Assembly: GCF_006345805.1 (NCBI RefSeq)
Contig: NW_021826910.1
Coordinates: 1 to 12,567, forward strand
Reading direction: 5' to 3'
Source: Octopus sinensis
Lineage: Eukaryota
Length of the DNA: 12,567 nt
Positions 1 to 8,683 of this stretch are shown piece after piece. The translations under genes were made by a program, and so were the position numbers. The notes under the pieces are model-generated. The model was not told where the DNA came from, made no database searches, and was given only the letters and a program-made list of their open reading frames with translations. Each line of letters opens with the position of its first letter. Position 1 is the stretch's first letter.

Positions 1-240
1 GAAGGTGAGGAAGATGGCGATGATAATTTTGATGACGGTGGAAGTAATGATGACGATGGCGACGGTGGAAGTGGAGGTGGTGGTGGTGGTGGTGGTGATG
101 GTGAATGATGGCGGCGATGGTGGAAATGTTGACAACGATGACTTATGATGGCGACGACGGTTATGGCGGATAATGTTGACAATGATGACGATGACGATGA
201 TGTTAGAAAAGCCAGCATCCACGACGACGACGATGTCGCT
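1..240. repeat. Degenerate (GAT/GAC/GGT)n trinucleotide low-complexity tract
   Basis: Direct reading. Confidence 0.85.
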
Positions 241-702
241 GGCTTACTAGAAACAATATATAGAGTTCGTGGATAGTAGACATCGAAGTAGGGAAATGGT
301 GAAGTTGTGACGTTCATGCTTTTCTATAAGGAAAGGAATAGGGCTGGCGGTGGAGACATACGTGAATAAAAAGAAAAAAAATGAAGTAGTTCTGAAGTGG
401 ATTTGAAACCGACTCGTTTAGCTCCAATCACTGAGCAGTTTTACAACGATTCTAGAAATTAGGAACAACTACATGGTTGTTCGATCTGCTAGAAATGGCA
501 GTCAAATCTCTGCCTAACCGCACTCTCCCGTCTTGACATAAAAAAGTATATATTACCCAATGCAGATCAACATATACTCGTATATATATACATATAAGGA
601 AAGGACGGTCACGGCTGGATTTCCTCTGAACATAAGTCTGTTTGATCAGAGTTAACTCGACTATTAATCAACGAAGCAATTATTGATCGTTTCTCACATA
701 GA

Positions 703-880
703 TAAAAGGCCTGGAACTTGGGGTGGGGAGGGTTAATCGATTAAATCTATCTGAGTACTTGACTGCTACGTTCGACCGCAGAAGGTTTAAAAGGCAAAGT
801 TTACTCCAGTAGTATTTGAACTCTCCAACGTTAAAAGCTGAAACAATACAAGGTATTTTTTGTTCGACGCACAAACTATT
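703..880 (-). mobile_element. Degenerate family A SINE (A2-type tail)
   Basis: Remnants are recognisable: aggcctggaac..ggggaggg..aatcgatt..aaaggcaaagt..atttgaactc..gttcgacgcac. Confidence 0.6.
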
Positions 881-915
881 CGGTGAAATCAATCACCTTG
901 ATTTCTAAATCATAT

Positions 916-1117
916 GCACAAGGCCACGAATTAGGAAGAAGAGAGGTAGGTGTTAATCGATTAGATCGATTCACGCATTTGACTTGTATTGATTTTATTC
1001 AATTCTATTGACCTTATAAGGATGAAAAGCAACGGTGGCATTAGAAGAATTTGAACTCAGAATGTAAAATTAAAAAAAGAAGTATTAATTCGAAGCATCT
1101 TGTTCGACGCACTGACA
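916..1117 (-). mobile_element. Degenerate family A SINE (A2-type tail)
   Basis: Remnants are recognisable: gcacaaggcc..aatcgattagatcga..aaggatgaaaagc..gaatttgaactcagaatgta..aagcatcttgttcgacgcac. Confidence 0.65.
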
Positions 1118-1175
1118 GAAAAAGAAAAAGAACAGCACACAATAAACTCACATAAACCAGTGTGAATTACTGGTA

Positions 1176-1218
1176 TTCTTTTATACGTTTCATCTACGCG
1201 GTCATGCTGTAGCACCAC
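1176..1218 (-). mobile_element. Short fragment of the family B terminus
   Basis: ttcttttatacgtttc..gcggtcatgctgtagcacc resembles 7156-7203. Confidence 0.45.
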
Positions 1219-1306
1219 TGTTTATTTGTTTTTTTCAACATTGTATTATCAGTCCCCGGAGGAAATGAACGAAAAACCCAGCTTTCGCAGAAACGAAGGT
1301 TTAAAC

Positions 1307-1341
<35 letters not shown>
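1307..1341. repeat. (ATA)n microsatellite, likely the tail of the adjacent SINE
   Basis: Direct reading. Confidence 0.9.
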
Positions 1342-1343
<2 letters not shown>

Positions 1344-1344
1344 T

Positions 1345-1460
1345 GGCACAAGGCCAGCACTTTCGGATAGGGGTTATGTCGATCACATCGACCCCCCCCC
1401 CCCAGTTTTCAACTTGTACTTATTTTATCGACCCTGAAGGGATGAAAGGCAGGTCGACCT
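1345..1460 (-). mobile_element. Family A SINE 3' fragment (A2-type tail) with (ATT)n tail
   Basis: It reads ggcacaaggcc..gtcgatcacatcgacccc..tacttattttatcgaccctgaagggatgaaaggcaggtcgacct and abuts the (ATA)n run at 1307-1341. Confidence 0.75.
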
Positions 1461-1499
1461 TTTCAACTTAGAATAATAAGTAATACAAATTCTAATTTT

Positions 1500-1631
1500 G
1501 GCACAAGGCCAGCAGCTTTTGAGAGGAGAGAGGGGGGTCTTAGTCGATGACATCGACGCCCCCAATACTTGACTGGTACTTATCAGTTCCTAAAGATGAA
1601 AGGCAACCCCCTCGACCTCGACGCCATTTGA
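1500..1631 (-). mobile_element. Family A SINE 3' fragment (A2-type tail)
   Basis: It reads ggcacaaggccagca..gtcgatgacatcgac..actggtactta..gatgaaaggcaa..tcgacctcg. Confidence 0.7.
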
Positions 1632-1639
1632 TATACGAA

Positions 1640-1700
1640 TAGTAATGATAATAATAAATAACATGATGATGATGACGATGATAATGATGATGGTGGTGAT
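1640..1700. repeat. Degenerate (ATA/ATG)n tract
   Basis: Direct reading. Confidence 0.8.
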
Positions 1701-2224
1701 TAGAAAAAAGGTGAACATTTGATGTAATGATATTTATCATATTTCATATAGGAATTTTTCAGCATCAACGCTGTAAAAGTTATATTACTGGCGAGATAGG
1801 AGGATATGATAAATGTATTTTAGTAATGTAATATATAATACAGTAGTAGATCGATAACAATCTTTATCGATATATGTTCAGAGATCGTTAAACAAACACA
1901 CAAACAAATTCGATGCCATTCGTTATCTTTATAAACAAAAAGATTTTATTTTTCATGTTTAGCTTCGCGTATATTTCCCCAGCCTTCCCACGTTCTAATA
2001 ATAAACATTCTTAGCAATCAAGTGCCCTCACTCTCATAAATACGCGCGCACATATACAAAAATATATGCACGCACAAACAGACATATACAGGCACGTGTA
2101 TATAGGCATACGAATATACATACACACAAGCGAATATATATGTAGGGATGAATGTATGTACGTATGTTTATCGTGCCGACCATTTTAAAACATTAACAAT
2201 GAATTGACAAAAGGATTTTGCATT

Positions 2225-2227
<3 letters not shown>

Positions 2228-2295
<68 letters not shown>

Positions 2296-2317
2296 TAGAT
2301 ATATAGATATATATATA
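2228..2317. repeat. (TA)n(GATA)n(TA)n microsatellite inside an inverted repeat
   Basis: Direct reading; the flanks are CATTGAC (2221-2227) and GTCAATG (2318-2324). Confidence 0.9.
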
Positions 2318-2608
2318 GTCAATGTAACCATTTATATTGCTCTTTGTTATGCGTAACTTGTCTATTACATATATATATATACATGTACACGCATTTGTAG
2401 AATTATCGATAAATATATTACATTATTTCATATATCAACTTGAGAAACGGAAAGAAAGAAAATAAAATAAAAATGGAAGTTTAAATAGAGTTCACCAGTT
2501 AAGTTGCCTTAATATGTACAGCAGAATAGTAATTCATAATGGTATATGCGTTTGCCCATACACACACAAATGGAAATGTACACACACACACACACACACA
2601 CATATATA

Positions 2609-2810
2609 GTTAATCCAAACATGAAAACACAAAGAGAAAACACAACAACGCGAGGACATGGAACAAGTATAGTGTTATTGGACGCTCAAGAAAGAAGGAA
2701 AGAAGGAGGGTTTAACGTTTCGAGCGGAGCTCTTCGTCAGAAACATAGGAAAAGTAAAGATCCAAAGAAGGGAAGACAGAGGAAAAAAATCGCCAACGGT
2801 ACACACGCGG
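2609..2810 (-). mobile_element. Non-autonomous hammerhead-bearing repeat (probable Penelope-like pLTR derivative), element 1
   Basis: About 200 bp of non-coding sequence bounded by TA runs on both sides. It contains the hammerhead at 2710-2744 and shares GAAGAGC..GCTCGAAACGTTAAA-22 nt-TGAGCG with element 2. Confidence 0.55.
2710..2744 (-). ncRNA. Minimal type I hammerhead ribozyme motif with intact core (Penelope-like element type)
   Basis: The minus strand reads GUUU-CUGACGA-A-GAGC-UCC-GCUC-GAAA-CG-UU-AAAC. This gives helix I GUUU/AAAC, core CUGANGA plus one extra A, helix II GAGC/GCUC, GAAA, a palindromic helix III (ACGU) and a GUU cleavage triplet (predicted cut between 2714 and 2713). 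Activity is untested. Confidence 0.75.
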
Positions 2811-2973
2811 TATATATATCAGAGACAAGGAAATCATAGACCGACAAATAACTTTGCGATGTATGAGTTCTCCTATTCTAAATAGTGATGTGTGTTAAAA
2901 ACGTTCGCTTGGCAATCCTGCCGTCACTCATTCACTCCTACTTCGCGGCCCTGTGGGACAGTCTTCCACTCAC

Positions 2974-2998
2974 AACTCGGGTCACGTTGACCGAAATC
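2974..2998 (-). other. Candidate microexon (25 nt), or a longer exon extending to 2942 or beyond
   Basis: The acceptor is ttctactttcAG (AG at 3000-2999), the donor is GTGAGT (2973-2968), and it lies in a locally GC-richer unique island. Confidence 0.2.
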
Positions 2999-3480
2999 CT
3001 GAAAGTAGAATTTGGCCAACAAAAGTTTAGTACTATTCAGTTTTCTCTTTGTCAGTGACAGCACCAATTTTGAAACCTTGAAACTAAATCATACATTGGT
3101 TTTTCAGGTTTCGAATCTGGTAACGTTTTTTTCCTATCTCTGTAACGTTACGTAATCCAGCGGTTGGACAAAGAAATATCAAGAAAATAAATTAGCAGAC
3201 TAACGTAAGAACAGCGACCAACATGATAGAGTAAAGGTTCTGCTTCACCAAAGCTTCATCTGCGGCCAAGTGTGGGCTACAGTACTTAAAAGGTGATGAA
3301 CCAGAAACTACTTTTAAGTAATTGCTTTTGTAACAGCAAAGAGCAAAATAGAAAAAATAACGTTAATGAAAATTATTCTAAGATATTGCAAGAGAGAGAA
3401 CTCAGGAAACTTCTCTCAACCAGAAATACGTCCGCGTGCATACTGCATTTGTATGCTTATATGTGCAAGATATGATTATT

Positions 3481-3582
3481 CACATCAATTATATATATAT
3501 TATATATATATACACAATCTATAGATATATATATATATATATATATATACTCTATATATATATCTATATATATATATAACAC

Positions 3583-3618
<36 letters not shown>

Positions 3619-3628
3619 ATATAACACA

Positions 3629-3667
<39 letters not shown>

Positions 3668-3672
3668 CTATA

Positions 3673-3704
<32 letters not shown>

Positions 3705-3857
3705 CTCTATATAATATATATATATATATATCCACATCTATATATAATATATATATATATATAATACACATCTATATAATATATATATATATATACACAT
3801 CTATATCTTATATATATATATAATACACATCTATAATATATATATATAATACACATC

Positions 3858-3888
<31 letters not shown>

Positions 3889-4027
3889 CTATATATATAT
3901 ATATATCTATATATACACATCTATATATATATATATATATCACATCTATATATTTATATATATATCCACATCTATATATATATATATATATATACACATC
4001 TATATATATCTATATATATAACACACA

Positions 4028-4062
<35 letters not shown>

Positions 4063-4269
4063 ACACATCTATATATATATATATCTATCTATATACACAT
4101 CTATATATATATATATATATACACACTATATATATATATATATATCTATATATATACCACAGCTATATATATATATATATAATATACACATCTATATATA
4201 TATAAGATATATATACACATCTATATATATATATATATATATACACATCTATATATATAATATATATAG

Positions 4270-4305
<36 letters not shown>

Positions 4306-4335
4306 TATATATATATATATATATATATACAACAC

Positions 4336-4371
<36 letters not shown>

Positions 4372-4410
4372 TAATTATAAATATATATTATATATAGATA
4401 TATATATATA
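3481..4410. repeat. Compound satellite of (TA)n interrupted by about 20 CACATCT-type units
   Basis: Direct reading; units recur every ~25-40 bp. Confidence 0.95.
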
Positions 4411-4794
4411 ACTAGCTCTAAGTAAATAAATAAATAAATACTTAACAGTAAGATTTTCCAATATAACTACTGTAAGATAGATTCTTGGCAATAAATTAAA
4501 TTTGCCAAATTCAATATGGAAGAAAACGGAGGGGGAAAAAAAAGAGATGATAAAGGGAGGGGAAGGAGAGAAGGAGGTTTGAACAGTGAATCGCGAAAGG
4601 CTGTGTGTGTTGTGTGTGTGTGTGTGTGTTTGTGAAAAGAAAGCATTAACAACCGTCCGCACGATATTTCACCTATATTAGCGTGCAAGACTACGTTTAG
4701 CGGAGAAATATCAAAAGAAAGACTGCCATACACAGAACTAGAATTGGCCTTGTGTCTCTCTCTCTTACGCGTGCCTACAGAGACTACAAACTTT

Positions 4795-4987
4795 ACACAC
4801 ACACACAAAAACACTATCTATCATCTATCTATCTATCTATATATATATATATCTATGTACGTGTGTGTTTATACATGTAGACGTATGTTTGCATACACGC
4901 ACTTACAATGGAGGAATGTGTGTACGCGCACACGTTGGATGCCTTATGTGTGCATGTGTCTGTGTGTCTGCGTTCGAGCGCTCGTGC

Positions 4988-5035
<48 letters not shown>

Positions 5036-5104
5036 TATGTATGTATATGATATATTAGACACCTACACAGAAGCAACATGTATATATATATATATATAGG
5101 CATG

Positions 5105-5170
<66 letters not shown>

Positions 5171-5180
5171 TATATATATA
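4795..5180. repeat. Mixed (CA)n/(TCTA)n/(TA)n/(TG)n microsatellite cluster
   Basis: Direct reading. Confidence 0.85.
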
Positions 5181-5185
5181 CTTAC

Positions 5186-5234
5186 GTAGAGTCTGAATAT
5201 TGGAGAGGACACGTTTCATTATCAGTTAAAGAAT
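5186..5234 (-). other. Candidate small exon (49 nt)
   Basis: It has a TAC|GTAAGT donor, a modest acceptor (catctaagtAG) and one open frame ([15 protein letters not shown]). Confidence 0.2.
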
Positions 5235-5309
5235 CTACTTAGATGATGTAGAAGTTAACCATTCACACACACACATACACACACAATACACGCAGACATA
5301 CATACGAGA

Positions 5310-5514
5310 GAGCGGGGTGATAGAGAGAGAGGGAGAGCAAGGGAGAGAAAGAAGGGGTGAGAGAGAGAGAGTAAGGGAGAGAAAGAAGGGGTTGAGAGAG
5401 AGTAAGGGAGAGAAAGAGAGAATGGGATCGCTTTGAACCCCGACAACAACATGCAGCTATATCAAAGGAACCTGAAAACACATACGTTAGGCAATGCGCA
5501 CGCATGTACACATG

Positions 5515-5558
<44 letters not shown>

Positions 5559-5580
5559 TGAGTGAGTGAGTGAGAGGGAG
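5310..5580. repeat. (GA)-rich tract plus (TG)n(AG)n(TGAG)n microsatellites
   Basis: Direct reading. Confidence 0.8.
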
Positions 5581-5668
5581 AGAACATCTGTAAGTCTCTC
5601 CCTAAAGGTGTGTATGTATGCGTGTGTCATATATACACACACACACCTAAGTACAGAAATTTACTCAC

Positions 5669-5725
5669 TTGTATAGCGTATATTATTTTATTTTGTATGT
5701 GCGTGTATTTGCATGTATATACATA
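5669..5725 (-). other. Candidate small exon (57 nt)
   Basis: A strong acceptor (ctttcacactttttttacAG) and a CAA|GTGAGT donor are present and phase 0 is open, but the content is low-complexity. Confidence 0.2.
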
Positions 5726-5843
5726 CTGTAAAAAAAGTGTGAAAGTGACGAGAGAGAGAGGTAAAATCCCAAAGACAAACAAATAAACATTATACATACA
5801 TGTACAATTACACGCACACACACTCACACATATATATATATAT

Positions 5844-6074
5844 TCAACCTTGAACCTGTTCACATAAACTGTCCCGTTTGTTGTATTTTTATTTTCTCAT
5901 ATATTCCTTCTTTCTGTGTTTTTTTCTCTCTCTGTGTATCTTTCTGTTGAAGAGCGTAGGCTCGAAACGTTAAAGACTTGTTTTATTTATATTTCCTGAG
6001 CGCCATACTAATACAATTGTTTGTTTGTTTTCCACCTGCCTTCGTCTTTTGTCTATTTTCATAAAGCTTCCCGT
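5844..6074 (+). mobile_element. Non-autonomous hammerhead-bearing repeat (probable Penelope-like pLTR derivative), element 2
   Basis: About 230 bp bounded by (TA)n on both sides. It contains the hammerhead-like motif at 5939-5976 and has the same motif spacing as element 1. Confidence 0.55.
5939..5976 (+). ncRNA. Minimal type I hammerhead-like motif with variant core (CUGUUGA)
   Basis: The plus strand reads UCUUU-CUGUUGA-A-GAGC-GUAG-GCUC-GAAA-CG-UU-AAAGA, the same architecture as 2710-2744. Helix I is 5 bp (5939-5943 with 5972-5976). Core position A6 is U, so it may be impaired. Confidence 0.6.
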
Positions 6075-6254
6075 TATATATATATATAATATATATATAT
6101 ATACATACACTCACATGTACACATTCATTATACACACATCTGCTGAAAAATAAACAGCCTATTCAATGACACTTCATTATACATGGCATGTACGAGTGTC
6201 GGAGTGCACGATACAAACAAGTGCATTTTTTTAATGCATATATATATATATATA

Positions 6255-6434
6255 TCTTTATTAGCCACAAGGGGCTAAACACAGAGGGGACAAACAAGGA
6301 CAGACAAAGGGATTAAGTCGATTACATCGACCCCAGTGTGTAACTGGTACTTAATTTACCGACCCCGAAAGGCTGAAAGGCAAAGTCGACCTCGGCGGAA
6401 TTTGAACTCAGAACGTAGCAACAGACGAAATACC
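6255..6434 (-). mobile_element. 5'-truncated family A SINE (3' monomer of the dimer)
   Basis: It keeps the B-box region, body and tail but lacks the A-box half, and it directly abuts 6435-6667. Confidence 0.88.
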
Positions 6435-6667
6435 TATTTCTTTACTACCCACAAGGGGCTTAACACACAGAGGACAAACGTAAGGACAGACAAATAGATT
6501 AATTTGATAGCATCGACCCCAGTGCGTAACTGGTACTTAATTTATCGACCTCGAAAGGAGGAATGGCAAAGTCGACCTCGGCGGAATTTGAACTCGGAAC
6601 GAAACGATAGACGAAATTCGGCTACGCATTTCGCCCGGCATGCTAACGTTTCTGCCAGCTCGCCGCC
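6435..6667 (-). mobile_element. Full-length family A SINE (5' monomer of a tandem dimer)
   Basis: Colinear with 9535-9759, from the GGCGAGCTGGCAGAAACGTTAGC head to the CCCCTTGTGGGTAGTAAAGAAATA tail. Confidence 0.88.
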
Positions 6668-6773
6668 TATATATATATATATATATGTGTGTGTGTACGT
6701 ACCTGTATATTCATGTGTGGATGTATATATAAGTATGTGTGCGTGCATGCATACTTGTATGTGTGTGTGTGAA

Positions 6774-6809
<36 letters not shown>

Positions 6810-6810
6810 G
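6668..6810. repeat. (TA)n/(TG)n microsatellite cluster
   Basis: Direct reading. Confidence 0.85.
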
Positions 6811-7155
6811 ATATGTGTATTATTCAAATACGACAACTTAGATTACATGACGCACACACGCGCACAGGACGTTGTGAGTGGGAGAGAATCGAAGTCTCGA
6901 TCAGGTTAAAATGAGACAGGCGACACAAGTTGCAATAAATAATTTAAAACAGATTCTCTTCGCAACGCCGTTGAAAGACTGAACCGAACTAAGACCATTC
7001 TCGAGATTCACTGTTACAAATATGCGTGTGTATGTGTTAATATCGATGTAACATCTATTATATAACTAAGATTATGAAACAGCTGTAAACGAATTCTCTT
7101 ATCTCTTCTATATAAGCAATCAACACAGCTATCTCAACTATCTTTTCTATACACA

Positions 7156-7447
7156 TTCTTTTACTCGTTTCAGTCATTTGACTGTGGCCATGCTGGAGCA
7201 CCGCATTTAGTCGAGCAAATCGGCCCCAGGACTTATTCCTTGTAAGCCCAGTACTTATTCTATCGGTTTCTCTTTTGCCGAACTGCTAAGTTACGGGGAT
7301 GTAAACATACCAGCATTGGTTGTCAAGCAATGTTGGGTGGGGTGGGGGACAAACACAGACACATACACATATATATATATATATATACGACGGGCCTCTT
7401 TCAGTTTTCGTCTACCAAATCCACTGACAAGGCTTTGGTCGGCCCGA
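7156..7447 (-). mobile_element. Family B SINE, 5'-truncated (core end, internal CA/TA microsatellite and long tail)
   Basis: 7386-7447 matches 10223-10284. 7156-7370 matches the reverse complement of 10516-10753 and also 11331-11550. Confidence 0.8.
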
Positions 7448-7645
7448 TGGACGGATGCATGTGTGTGCGTATGGATGGATGCTTGCACATATGGATGTGT
7501 GTATGGATAGATGGATGTGTCTATAGATGTGTGTATGGATGTATATGTGGATGTGCACATGCATGGATTGATGCGCGTACACAATAGAGGATGGGTGTGT
7601 GTACGCATGGATGTGTGTGTGTGAGATAGAGAGAGAGAGAGAGAA
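7448..7645. repeat. Degenerate (GGAT)/(GT)n tract ending in (GA)n
   Basis: Direct reading. Confidence 0.8.
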
Positions 7646-7839
7646 GGAGTGACTGTCTGTGCGTGTATATATATAAGGTAGATAGGAGTGGACTAGTAAA
7701 CAATGTACAAATAGAGACCAAAGTGGAACGACCGAAAGGAGAGAATATAAAGGAATGATTGATAAACGGGAGAATCGGTTTGTAGGAGAAATAGTGGGGA
7801 ATAATGTGGGAGGTGGAGTGTGAATGAAAGAAAACGAAA

Positions 7840-8100
7840 GAGAAGGGAAATGAGAGCAAGTGAGAGTGTGTAGGAGAGTATAAGGAGGAGGAAAATAGTA
7901 AGCGAATGAGAGAGAGAGAGAGAGAGGAAGGAAGAGTGGGTAAGAGAGCATAAGAAAAAGGAAAATGGTAAGAGAATGAGAGAGAGAGAGAGAAAAGAAG
8001 AGAGGAAGGAAGAGTGGGTAAGAGAGCATAAGAAAGAGGAAAATGGTAAGAGAATGAGAGAGAGAGAGAAAAGAAGAGAGGAAGGAAGGAAGAGTGGAAA
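7840..8100. repeat. Purine-rich minisatellite with a ~70-78 bp unit, about 3 copies
   Basis: gaaaat(a/g)gtaag(c/a)gaat recurs at 7891, 7961 and 8039. Confidence 0.8.
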
Positions 8101-8507
8101 AGAAGGAGGGAGTGGGTGAATCAAAGTGGTTTGAAGGCGAATAAAGAAGTAAAAAAAAAAAAGCGAAAGAGGGAGTGAATGAAAGAGATGGAGAGAAGTC
8201 GAAGGAGAGTTGAGTGAAGTAAAGGAAAGAGGTTGAATGAATGAATGAATGAATGAGAGAAGTCGAATGAAGGAGTTAGGCCGAATGAAAGTGAAAGTGA
8301 GCGAAAAAGAAAAAAAGCAGATGAGATAAAAAAGAGAGAAGGAAAGCCAGGAATAGCGAAAGCGCGAGTGTGAATTTCTTTCATCTTTATATCTGGAATT
8401 ACTGATGTTAACAGGGTGGTAGGATCGAAACCCACCACAAACGGGTGGATGATGATGATAATAATAATAATAATCATAATAATAATCATAATAATAATAA
8501 TAATAAT

Positions 8508-8683
8508 CCATTCTACTCTAGGCAGAAGGTCTGAAATTTTTTGGGGGAGGGGGGGGTGTTAATCGATTACATCAACCCCAGTGTTCAACTGGTACTTATT
8601 TTATCGACCCCGAAAGGGATGAATGGAAAAGTCGACCTGGGTGGAATTTGAACAAAATGCCGCTAAGCATTTTGCCCGATTCT
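8508..8683 (-). mobile_element. Family A SINE (A2-type tail) with internal deletions, copy in duplicated unit 1
   Basis: The body matches family A and it abuts an (ATA)n run. The head region is shortened (gaatttgaac joined to aaaatgccgctaagcattttgcccgattct). Confidence 0.8.

Noticed and set aside
1-108. Acidic/Gly-rich open frame (EGEEDGDD...GGGG)
   Set aside because: It is trinucleotide low-complexity DNA that stops after ~35 codons, with no other coding support.
385-475. Possible tRNA-like SINE head on the minus strand (GGTTTCAAATCC, AGAATCGTT)
   Set aside because: Only short motif similarity is present and no body or tail is recognisable, so it is too weak to call.
1850-1871. 8-bp inverted repeat ATCGATAA/TTATCGAT
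   Set aside because: It is short and AT-rich, so it is expected by chance at this scale.
2546-2839. 97-aa basic ORF
   Set aside because: It is the antisense of hammerhead element 1 plus a CA repeat.
4375-5511. Cluster of overlapping 60-115 aa ORFs
   Set aside because: They are translations of (TA)n, (CA)n and (GA)n (YIYI, THTH, LSLS), which lack stop codons by composition.
6504-6914. 136-aa plus-strand ORF
   Set aside because: It is the antisense reading of a family A SINE followed by microsatellites.
8402-8450. CTGATG...CGAAAC hammerhead-like spacing (also present in the duplicate near 9157-9205)
   Set aside because: The core is CUGAUGU, there is no helix II, and there is no valid UH cleavage triplet closing helix III.
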